Source of the DNA: Fimbriosthenelais zetlandica
Lineage: Eukaryota
NCBI GenBank assembly: GCA_977030845.1
Contig: OZ365115.1
Location: 1,922,001-1,986,000 of the forward strand
Length of the DNA: 64,000 bases
Reading direction: 5' to 3'
Below the pieces are notes generated by a model that worked only from the letters and a program-made list of their open reading frames with translations, was not told where the DNA came from and did not search any database. Positions 36,701 to 50,800 of this stretch are shown piece by piece; positions within the stretch are counted from its first letter, which is position 1; each line of letters begins with the position of its first letter. The position numbers and the translations under genes were made by a program.

Positions 36701-39700
36701 AGATACCGAGTATGGGAGAGAGTATAAATTCAGGGAGATTCACACTCTGGCTGACTTCAAGAGACGTCACCCCATCACAACAGAGACCCACTATAGAACG
36801 TACATCCAAAAGATGATGGACGGAGAGAAAAATATACTATACAATGACAAAACCATAGTGTATGCGAGTACTTCAGGCACGACAGGCCAGCCTAAAGTTT
36901 TCCCTCTCAGAAAAACATACATCAGGCAGTTAAGGAAAGCTTTGGGCCTCAGGCACATGAGACTGCTACCTATGCTGAATTTGAAGAGGAACTTCATTTT
37001 CCACATGTTCTCACAAATGAGCAAAACTAAAGGTGGAAAACCCTTGGGTGCTGGAGCTCAAACGGCTCGTGGTTTCCCAAAACACAACCTCATTCCTGTA
37101 GAGTACCAGAATCTAGTGGATGAACGATCATCTTTCTATGCCATGGCTCTCTTCTCTCTTGCTGAACCAGAACTTGGCTATATCTCTTCATTTTCAGCCG
37201 ATCTTACTAATTCCTTCGTCAAGTTCATGATGCTGAACTGGAGTGGTTTGTGTGACGATATTGAGAGAGGGAGAGTGGGGAATGTGGTGACAATGTCAGA
37301 GGACGTACGGATTGCTCTGTCCAGCAAACTGAAGTCTGACCGTGAGAGAGCGGATTACTTGAGGAAGGCCATGGAGGATGGACCAGTGGGGCTGTTCAGG
37401 AGGGTGTGGCCCACCATGGATTATATCTTGATGAGTAAATCAGCTGGCTTTAAGATGCTGGCCGATCAGCTGATGGAGAGACAGATGAAGGGAGTGAAGG
37501 TGGTAGGGTCTCTCCATGGAGCTACAGAAGGTTTTACGGGTGTGAACATGGAGGAGGAGCCGTGGGTCGGGGAAACTTTCACCCTGTATCCCGCCTTCTG
37601 CTTCATGGAGTTTATACGACTGGAGGATGTGGAGGAGGACGCCCCAGACACGGTCAACATTGACCAGGTAGGATATAATTAGGATAAAACTTTGGAAAAA
37701 CATTTGCTTAGAGAGTAGGCGTACAATTTTTCCATTTCCCTGCCAGAGCATCAAAAGCCAATGGAGAAACATAACCCTGTATTGACAAGCAAACGTGTGT
37801 GAATTGAAATTATCCCCTTGATCATTTGCTGGGCAAAAATATGGTAATTCCAGCTAGAAGCAGGAGCAAAAATCATCCATGGAATCTGTCCTAGTATTTG
37901 GGGAAAATATCAAATGATTGTGATCCATAGCATGTAATAAACATAAGTTTGTCTTGACCATATTTCAGCTGGAAGTGGGTCAGTTTTATGAAGTGGTTCA
38001 CACCAACTTAAACGGTTTGTACCGGTGTAGGTATGGTGACGTCATCAAAATAGTCGGATTTGATAATCGTCTTCCAAAGTACCAATTCATGTACAGGTAA
38101 GCCTAAATGTAGTTTGAGAACTTTCTCCATAAAAAATGGGCACATCGTGTCCTACCATTTAGTGGTCACATTGTGAGATGGTCGCTTTACTGAGTATGTC
38201 TTCGTGGCGTTAAAACATTTGGTTCTGACCATTGAATGGTCACATAATGAGATGGTCGCTTCAGTGACTAATCATGATCTTATATTAATTAAGCTGATAT
38301 TATTATTGTCTGCACCTACAGGCTGGGTCAGAGGCTTAACATCGCCTATGAGAGAACACCTGAGAAGTTTCTGTATGAAGCTTTAGACAAGGCAACTACT
38401 AAACTACACCTGAAAGATGACATGGCCAACTATACCACCACAGAGAGCACAGTCACCGACCAAATACTAGGTAAATATTACCACCACAGAGAGCACAGTC
38501 ACCGACCAAATACTAGGTCAATATTACCACCACAGAGAGCACAGTCACTGACCAAATACTAATTCATGTTTTCACATTTCAAAATTTAAAACATATTTTC
38601 TGACCTACAGGGAAAGAGACTCAGGGACATTACGTCTACTTTGTCGAGTTTAATGAAGTGAAGGATCAAGAACTCTTGTCTGACTTGGGCGAAAAGGTAA
38701 AAATAGAAATTTACTATTTTTAATAATAATTTTAAGTAATAATAGTAAATAAACCAACTAAAAAAAAAACATTCCTCAAGAAGTTATCCCTGCTAGCAGG
38801 CTGTACCTAAATGGAAGTCTCTTTTGCTGAAATCTAAATATGATAATGGTATTTCAGATTGACGGTCAGTTAGTGGAGATATACGCCCCCTATAAGCGGT
38901 TTAAGGACGTCGGTAACATCGCAGTTGTCGAGGTGATACAGGTCAGTAACCATGGTAACAATATAGTCTAATTAAATGTTAAATGCCTCTCCTATTGGTA
39001 CCAGGTATTAGTATTTCATAGGGGGACATGTCTAGGCCCTTTTTGGACAGTCACCTTGTTTCAGGGCCCAAATTATGATGCCACTAGTTATGTTAATATT
39101 TCTACCTGTGTTCAGGTGGAGCCCGGCACCTTTGAGTCCATGGTGCCTATATTGATGGGAGCTCGTGTGAATTCAAATTTCAAACTTCCCCGAGTTCTCC
39201 GTAAGATGCCAGCCATCAAACATCTACTGGACAACACCGTGCCTGCCACGAGTCACCTCAACAATCAACAATGAGGCGGACTCAACCCTGAGGCAGACTC
39301 AACACTGAGGCAGACTCAACACTGAGATAGACTCAACAATGAGGCAGACCCAAAAATTTCCTAACTTAACCTTCAGTTCGATAAGCACAGTCCACTCTAA
39401 AGTTGATTCTTACATCTGAATAAAGTTAAGTCATTAAAAAGTCTGCTGATACCGTTGCCTATAGTTATAATTGTTTAGTACACGTTACCTTGGTTATAAT
39501 TGTTTAGTACACATTACCTTGGTTATAATTGTTTAGTACACGTTACCTTGGTTATAATTGTTTAGTACACGTTACCTTGGTTATAATTGTTTAGTACACG
39601 TTACCTTGGTTATAATTGTTTAGTACACGTTACCTTGGTTATAATTGTTTAGTACACGTTACCTTGGTTATAATTGTTTAGTACACGTTACCTTGGTTAT

Positions 39701-40967
39701 AATTGTTTAGTACACGTTACCTTGGCTATAATTGTTTAGTACACGTTACCTTGGTTATAATTGTTTAGTACACGTTACCTTGGTTATAATTGTTTAGTAC
39801 ACGTTACCTTGGTTATAATTGTTTAGTATGTATTACCTTGGTTCGCCGTCGGCTGTGCTGATACCGTTGTCTATAGCGTCCACCTCCTCCACAAACAGCT
39901 CATACACCTTGTCATAGATGACGCCTGTGACGTCATCACCAGGTTTAGTTCCCAGAATACCCGCCAGGACGCGGCGACCGAAATGTAGGTAAACGAGACC
40001 AGCGCTGCTTAACTTAGTCACCCACTTCTTACCCGAGCAGAGCGTGCTCATAGACTCAGAGAACGACCTAAAAATACAAATCATTCATACAATATATACT
40101 AAAATCATATTAAACTTATTCTGGGTTTATGATATCCGTGGTTATTCACAGCATAGAATTTCCATTTTTGGCCATTTTTATTTGGCTCTAACTTAAATTA
40201 GAACAGGTTTGATAGACATGGGAGAGGGCGGTGATAGCTTATTATGTGATAGGACAATAGGCTACACTACTCTGTATACTGACCATGAAGGTATCATCAT
40301 TAATAACATTACTTATTTCCCCTGAATGCCTCAGTTATCAATATGGTGTATATAACTGACCTCTGGTGGTGATCGTATCTGTGAGTAGCTGGATCATACA
40401 GGCCGCCTACATCAACGACAATATCACACGTCTCCAGCACGGCCGGGTCACGGGTCCTGAAATAAAAATTCATTTCAAAATCATTTATTGGAGAGTATTA
40501 ATATTACTTATATAAGGAGTTTTAATATTATTGAAGAGGGATCATATCCCCAGCTACCTTGCTTTTCCAATTCTTTTCTAAAGTGGATAATTAACATTTT
40601 CGATAATACTTTACAAAACTCCTGACAATATCGGTAATAGTGTACGTTTTATGCTCTTTTCAAAAGGAAAATTATGCAGCAGAAAACTGGTTTAGATATT
40701 CATGAATACTGTTCCTGATTTCCCAAAATTCACTGACATAATTACTAAGTCTATAGAAGTTTTCCTATCTTTAAGGCTGAAATAAATGTTTTTTCATGAC
40801 GTTTTTTAGTTAGTTTAATACCTGAGGATCTCGGCGTCGTTGTATTCTGGTAGTTGTTTCAGCATGTAGCACGCGAACACCTCGTCACAGTGGAAGGTAC
40901 CATTATGTGTACCGATCTTCTTTACAGGACAAGCCTTCTTAGCTGCGTTACCCTCGACATCCGCCAT
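27770..40967 (-). CDS. MYG1: MYG1 exonuclease (UPF0160, DHH-like)
   Basis: Exons 40967-40822, 40456-40361, 40067-39837, 29320-29239, 29017-28895, 28673-28492, 27938-27770. Motifs [26 protein letters not shown]...[75 protein letters not shown]. Confidence 0.97.
29921..33399 (+). CDS. GH3-family (GHDC-like) acyl-adenylate/amido synthetase, copy 1, nested in MYG1 intron 3
   Basis: Exons 29921-30050, 30498-30679, 30759-31766, 32061-32188, 32413-32561, 32711-32796, 32954-33037, 33241-33399; 641 aa, no frameshift or internal stop. GH3 N-domain ([12 protein letters not shown]...FKRRHPITT), P-loop [22 protein letters not shown]-terminal QFKLPR; hydrophobic N-terminus. Confidence 0.9.
30135..30497. 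repeat. 28-bp minisatellite, ~13 copies, filling GH3 copy-1 intron 1 up to the acceptor
   Basis: Unit acactagctgagtgtcttgtaatgtttc; absent from copy-2 intron 1. Confidence 0.9.
33570..33795. repeat. 42-bp minisatellite related to the MYG1 exon-3 donor repeat
   Basis: Unit gttataattgtttagtatgcgttaccatggctcgttaccttg; paralogous to the 29-bp array at 39463-39836. Confidence 0.88.
34330..34500. repeat. Dispersed repeat family member (second copy at ~60020-60190)
   Basis: Shared core ttctctaccttc(c/t)at(c/a)tctatgctccccct(t/a)tcagagcgcc(g/a)ccagg(t/c)ggac...acctggc(g/a)ggctcctc, both preceded by taatgttt-rich tracts; absent upstream of GH3 copy 1. Confidence 0.7.
35100..39274 (+). CDS. GH3-family (GHDC-like) acyl-adenylate/amido synthetase, copy 2, nested in MYG1 intron 3
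   Basis: Exons 35100-35229, 36067-36248, 36660-37667, 37969-38096, 38322-38470, 38611-38696, 38858-38941, 39116-39274. Exon lengths identical to copy 1 (130,182,1008,128,149,86,84,159); intact frame; same GH3 motifs; 27 aa differences from copy 1 in the 336-codon exon 3. Confidence 0.9.
36306..36628. mobile_element. MITE inserted in GH3 copy-2 intron 2
   Basis: Termini GGGCTCATCCACTAGGTCGCAAGGGG ... CCCCTTGCGATCTAGTGGATGAGGCC (~26-bp imperfect TIR), flanked by TA on both sides; many internal GCGATC motifs; empty site visible in copy 1 (~30730). Confidence 0.85.
39463..39836 (-). repeat. 29-bp tandem array (~13 copies) containing MYG1 exon-3 donor motif
   Basis: Unit gttataattgtttagtacacgttaccttg; on the minus strand each copy reads CCAAG|GTAAC, mirroring the real CCAAG|GTAAT donor at 39837/39836. 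Confidence 0.9.
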
Positions 40968-41719
40968 CTTACTACACAAATATCTCAACCCTGAGGGAAA
41001 AATCATGTATTACTCGTCAATATTTCAGTAATGATTTGCCTACACCTCAGCCGTGGGTGGGGTGGTAGCCCCCACAACACCGGGTAACTAACCCCAAACA
41101 AGATTATTGAATGAGCACGAGGGCCCCCCTGCTTCCCAGGAAAGATGGGGATGTCATGGATTGTCATTGACACTCAATAAGAACTTAACTCACGAATTAC
41201 AGGGAATCTTATTCTATTTTAGCGGTACAAACTTTAGAAATACCCCGTTGGTTTCACTTGTAAACCAGGCCCCGGCTTTCGCTTTCCATGTGAACGTGAG
41301 CGATAATAAGGGAGACTCGATTCTTTTTACTTCTCTCATCAACAATGACGCATGAAACACGCCCCAAGTGTTAAATTAACAATTAAAGGGTTATTTTTGT
41401 TGTTACTGAGACTTATTGAATAAATTTAAAGCGTTAATTAAGACATATTCACCTGTTTTAATTACCGGTACACGCGTGAACCTGAGCATGTAGTTGATGA
41501 ATCAGCTGGTAGGTGGCAGCAGTAGCGCGGCCGCTTATATCAAATATAATAAATATTCAAAACTTCGCCAAAAGATGGTCATTCTCATTCGGATTAGGTA
41601 ATAAATAGATTTTATTAGATCATTAACACATTGAAAGGTGGGGGAAAGGCGCTGTGGGGGGATTTTCTATATAATTTCCCCAGAGTTATGATTGTTTTCA
41701 ACGTGTGGTGGGATCCAAG

Positions 41720-41758
41720 ATGGCGGCGCCCAAGGAGGAGTTTGTGTACATGCGGTGA
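41720..41758 (+). other. Upstream ORF / possible alternative first exon of JMJD7
   Basis: CAAGATGGCGGC (TISU/YY1-type) start, MAAPKEEFVYMR-TGA, ending 48 nt before the JMJD7 ATG; contains a CG|GTGAGA donor-like site at 41754/41755. Confidence 0.5.
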
Positions 41759-41806
41759 GAGGAGGAAAGGTGGAAACTTTTACTGTTATTGTGAAATCGA
41801 CGCAAC

Positions 41807-44905
<3,099 letters not shown>

Positions 44906-47893
44906 CACCTGCCAGACCACGTGACACCTGGCAGAACATGTGACATCTACTGGTCATCTCCATGGTAACCTCCTCTACAAGTCAGCGTCTGGTGCTTCAT
45001 GGTGTGGGCAGAACTTAAGACAATGTTAAGACTTTGAACGATCATTAAAGATCTTCTACTGATAGAGTGTGGGCCTAGCTTAAGAGCTAAATATATACAG
45101 TAATTGTTGGTGCTTATTACCAGTGTGGATCCAGTTTAAGACAATATATGTATTAATAAGACTTTGAAAGATCACCAATGATCGAATGTCTGATCGGGTG
45201 TGGGTCTCACTTAAGAGACATTGAGGCTAGTGTGGGCCCAGCTTAACAGTATTCAGACATGAAGACGTCTGCTACTCAATCCATACAATATAAAATTTAA
45301 AAAAGAGCTGAAATCAATATTTATCTTAATCATTTAAATTTTATTGCTTTTTACAGCTGCACAATCATACGTATATAAAACTTCATGAATGGAATGCCTA
45401 CTTTAATGAATGCCTACTTGACCTTTTAAAAAATATCAATTTCTCGTTTGTCGGCGTTTGTAAACCTTTCACGGGAATCAAGCATGTATTTTATATTTTT
45501 TTTGTCACACATAATCATCCTTTAAATAAAGATTTCTCACGGTTCTGCATGAAGAAGAGCTCAAGCAGGATTTGACAAGCCAAACAGTTGTTTCTTGAGA
45601 TAATATTCAATTGAGGTGAAGCAGGAGTTTAAATCAACAGAGATGAGTGTGGGTGGTTGACAGAGGCCAGGCTGATATTGACAAGTCATACCTGCTCCCA
45701 CCGCCGTGTAAATAATAAAAAACAACTATCATACTCAATGATGGTTTAGTAAAGAAAGGAGGTAGAAACAATTGTCTTTGGTACACAAAGTCTGCGTGTG
45801 AAGCTATAGCATTAAAGGGTTCATCCTGTACAAATAAATTGTATAAGAGATGAATAAAGTAAAAATTTAAATAAGTTTAAAGTGATATTTGAGAGAGTAA
45901 TTTGGTATGTTTATAGTAGGAACTACTAGGAAAGTAAGGCAGTAGACTGGAAATGCTGCCCAAGATGAGAATACAAGTAAACAACGATACAACTAAAGCC
46001 TCAGTCCTGGTAACTGAGCTTACTTGGAAGATTCTGGAAACATGTCAAGTAAAAAGTAACTAAACATTTATAAACGGTGAACGCAGACTAGCAGTCAGAG
46101 AATGGCACAGACAATACGGCAAGCAAAGCTGAAGATAAACAATTATAGAAAAATAAAATTAAACAGCAGAAAAATAGAAAAATCTACTTAATCTCAAAAG
46201 TATAGAAAAATAGATAAATAAGGAAAAATGACAACAAGTCAGATTCCTACAATCTCTTTGTGGCAAGCAGTTTTCTCATGAATATTTGATCAATAATCTT
46301 TCACATATCAATAAAGAGATTCTTAATATCCATTATTTTCACTCTAACCGATTAATTCTTAATGTCACTCTCAATTTTACTTTCTGACACATGTAATATA
46401 TTATATATTAAGCAAACATATTCCACTGTCTCTAACAATATGACTCTCAGCATATCAACAACCTTTCACAGTGATCACAAGCGTAATGCTAGAGGACAAC
46501 CTACAGCAATATCAGAGTAGAACTATTATATAAGCTTATTATTAAAGCAGCACTATCACCTTTAAATTTCCCACGTTGGATCAATGTCAGTTTGTCCTAT
46601 ATTCATGCTCTTTGACCTACATTCTAGGTTGGGTATTGGCTGGGAGAATCATGATAAGATCCAGCCATACTCTACAGTGCTGCCAAGGATATGAGCAGTG
46701 GTGGAGAGATGAACTATAAATCTGACTTTATCCAAGGAGTATGGTGATAGAGCCGCTTTAAATTTTAATGATCATTAACAATGCAATATCATAGACGCGG
46801 GAAATACATGATAATCAATAATGATCAACCACAGGTTCAATCAACCACAGGATCAATCAACCACAGGATCAATCAACCAGACATCACCCAGAAATAAACA
46901 TTCAGAAACAAAACGCTGAGTCATGGTGCAACCAGTGATATGTTATACGAGGCATGTTAACATGAGAAAAATAACCCAAATAGAAATGGGTTCACAATAA
47001 CAACCAGCTAGCTGCACATCTAGCTGGTGAAAATCCAATACAGACGTCTACAAGTTATGGTCAATTAATAAAAAATAGACAGAAAATTATCAACAAATCC
47101 CTGGAATTCACTCAACTGTGTAAGTCCCACTTGAAAAATCCCTGTACCGGCGACCGGTGCTTAAAATGAAACATATACCGGTACAAAAAACGACTGACGA
47201 GCCGCCAAGCATTCTTATACAACCTAAAATAACCAACATATCAACCACATAACTGTCTTATTCAATAACCACTTAATTAAAGCGACTCTATCACTGATCA
47301 ATGATGAACCTTAACCATCCACTTAACATGCATCTAGGTCAGCTCGACCCAGATTCAATAAACACTTAATTAAAGCGGCTCTATCACTGATCAATGATGA
47401 ACCTTAACAGTCCCACTTAATATGGATTTAGGTCACCTTGACCGAAATTCATTCACATTGAAATAAATTCATTTAAATATGAAACTCATTCATATAAAAC
47501 ACAATGAGAACTGGGAACGCTGATACACGTCATGAATGATACTGATCTATATATATCACAGATGATCTTCATAATAGTTACTTAATAATAATAATCATCC
47601 TATACTCACAAATAACGCCATATTTTACAAAAATTCTATTACAACAACTAGATATATTTACAACTGTTCATTTAAATTAAGCAGAGATTTAAATTATACC
47701 AGACTTTTTCAGACTCCTCTTTCAAATTCATATCAGGAAAGGCAAACTTTTCGACTTCGAATGTATGCTATCACCAAAATGACTTGTCCATTTGTGCCTA
47801 CATTCATGATTATGCTGTGACTAAGCTTGTTTGTTAGAGGCCGGGTAAATGACTGTCTGGGTACACGATATAAAGCCCTAAGTTGTGTATAGA

Positions 47894-50800
47894 TTATCTC
47901 AGATTGTTGGCGTGTTTTGTTGAGGAGTTGTGACTCGCTGTAAATCGCTCTAGTTGTTTTGTGATGATAGCATGTTGGTGACCACAGTTAGAAGCTTGTG
48001 AATCTTGACTCATTAAATTCTCCCTCAACCGATCTAACAAGTGTGTCTTTAAATCCTGCGAGAACTGGAACTGGAAAGATGGAAAGAAAAGGAAATATTA
48101 TTAATCTGGAGAAATGTTGCAAAATATCAAGTTTCCCTGTCTTCAGGGAAGCGCCAGCGAATAAGTTCAGTTAATATACCTAATCAGTCGTCCAGGGAAT
48201 GAGTTCATTAAGTTAGAGTACCAGTTCATTCAGAGCAATTAAATTGATTAAAGGGTTGACAGTTCAATCCCCGAAGCTGTCCAAGGCTTTTTCCCTGCTT
48301 CTCTCTCCAGTATTTGTTTCATATTTTACTATAGTATACTTCTGAAGTTCACGAGTTTGAAGGCTGTATATATAGTGTTGAGGGCCGTTAATTTAATATT
48401 TGACTATAATATTTATATATTTTTATGATATTTATGTAATCTATTCACCTGTTTGAAGGCTGTGTAGATAGCTTTGAATGCTGGTTGTTTCTCGTTGAAC
48501 CAGACTCGTCGGTTCCCGTGGACGATATTGACGCCTTTCTCATTTGCATATTTACATATACTCATATACATACAATGGTCGGGGCGGAAGTTCCAATGAC
48601 AGGGATAGATGTAGACCATATCTGAAATAAATTAATAAATCTGAATTATATCAACTACCTTAGTCAAAGTTAGGTTGCAATTTATTATTAGGCAGAAATT
48701 AGACTGCATTTTTTCATGATTTGTTTTACAAATTTTCTTTTCAGTGACAGCCTAATTTACGAGGCAGGTACAACATCTAGGGGCAGGCGGGTGAAGTAGG
48801 GAACATAATGAAGTCTTTGTCTGACGCCCATCCTAATACTTGATGTACAATAAAGATGACAAGATGAGAGATGAGTACCTCCCCACCCTTCACCAGCGTC
48901 GTGGGTGTGGTTCACAACATGTCATTTTTATATTATTCCTCAGAGATCCGTCTTTCAGACATCAGTAGATGTTCATGCACCATTAGACTATAGTTGATCA
49001 GTTAATAAAGTATACACCTGTCATTATAGGTTAATACCATCAAGGTGAGTTAATACATGAAGGTGAGTAAAACACACCTATACAGGTACCACAGGTGAGC
49101 TCAGGTGATAAACCTCCTCATCTCATGAGACCTTGTGATGGTATTGTAACTCACTGAGTACACAATGATCTCATCTTTATAATGAGGAAAGAAAAGTTCA
49201 TGCCTCCCACTGTAGGCATTGGGAGGTGGGACAGTGGGAGGTATGGCTGGCCTTTTACATGCCTCTCACCACAGACAGTGGGAGGAATGGCTGGCCTTTT
49301 ACATGCCTCTCACCACAGACAGGGGGAGACATGACTGAGTGGAGAAGGACAAATGCGGAAAATGCTTGGGGAATTGAACAGGTAATGAACTCACCTGGTA
49401 GGTCATTAACTCACCTGGTAGGTCATTAACTCACCTGGCAGGTAATGAACTCACCTGGCAGGTAATGAACTCACCTGGCAGGTAATGAACTCACCTGGCA
49501 GGTAATGAACTCACCTGGCAGGTAATTTACTCACCTGTCAGGTCATGAACTCACCTGGCAGGTCATGAACTCACCTGGCAGGTCATGAACTCACCTAGCA
49601 GGTGATGAACTCACCTGGCAGGTAATTAACTCACCTGGCAGGTAATGAACTCACCTGGCAGGTCAATAACTCACCTGGATGGAAGTGGAAGAAGATGTTG
49701 ATGAGATCCTGGTCACCCCACGTGATGCGGTACTTGTACTCGGCGTGGTACGGTATCATGGTACTCACCCAGTCTACTCGCCTCATGCGGGTCAGATTCA
49801 TTAACATGACGCCCGAGTTTACACCTGTAATTAATATACAGATTCATTAACATGACGCCAGAGTTTACACCTGTAATTAATATACAGGTGATTAATACAG
49901 GTAAATACAGGTGATTAATACAGGTACAGCAACATAACGCCAGAGTTTACACCTGTAATTAATATACAGGTGATTAATACAGGTAATTATAGGTGATTAA
50001 TACACATACAGCAACATGACGCCCGAGTTTACACCTGTAATTAATATACAGATTCATTAACATGACGCCCGAGTTTACACCTGTAATTAATATACAGATT
50101 CATTAACATGACGCCCGAGTTTACACCTGTAATTAATATACAGATTCATTAACATGACGCCCGAGTTTACACCTGTAATTAATATACAGATTCATTAACA
50201 TGACGCCCGAGTTTACACCTGTAATTAATATACAGATTCATTAACATGACGCCAGAGTTTACACCTGTAATTAATATACAGATTCATTAACATGACGCCC
50301 GAGTTTACACCTGTATTTAATATACAGATTCATTAACATGACGCCAGAGTTTACACCTGTAATTAATATACAGATTCATTAACATGACGCCCGAGTTTAC
50401 ACCTGTAATTAATATACAGATTCATTAACATGACGCCCGAGTTTACACCTGTAATTAATATACAGATTCATTAACATGACGCCCGAGTTTACACCTGTAA
50501 TTAATATACAGATTCATTAACATGACGCCAGAGTTTACACCTGTAATTAATATACAGATTCATTAACATGACGCCCGAGTTTACACCTGTATTTAATATA
50601 CAGATTCATTAACATGACGCCAGAGTTTACACCTGTAATTAATATACAGATTCATCAACATGACGCCCGAGTTTACACCTGTAATTAATATACAGATTCA
50701 TCAACATGACGCCCGAGTTTACACCTGTAATTAATATACAGATTCATTAACATGACGCCCGAGTTTACACCTGTAATTAATATACAGATTCATTAACATG

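Noticed and set aside
29921-39274. GH3 genes as bacterial/plant contamination or very recent HGT because of the 1008-nt exon
   Set aside because: Each has seven GT-AG introns, host-type repeats and sits inside a host intron; origin can only be judged by phylogeny.
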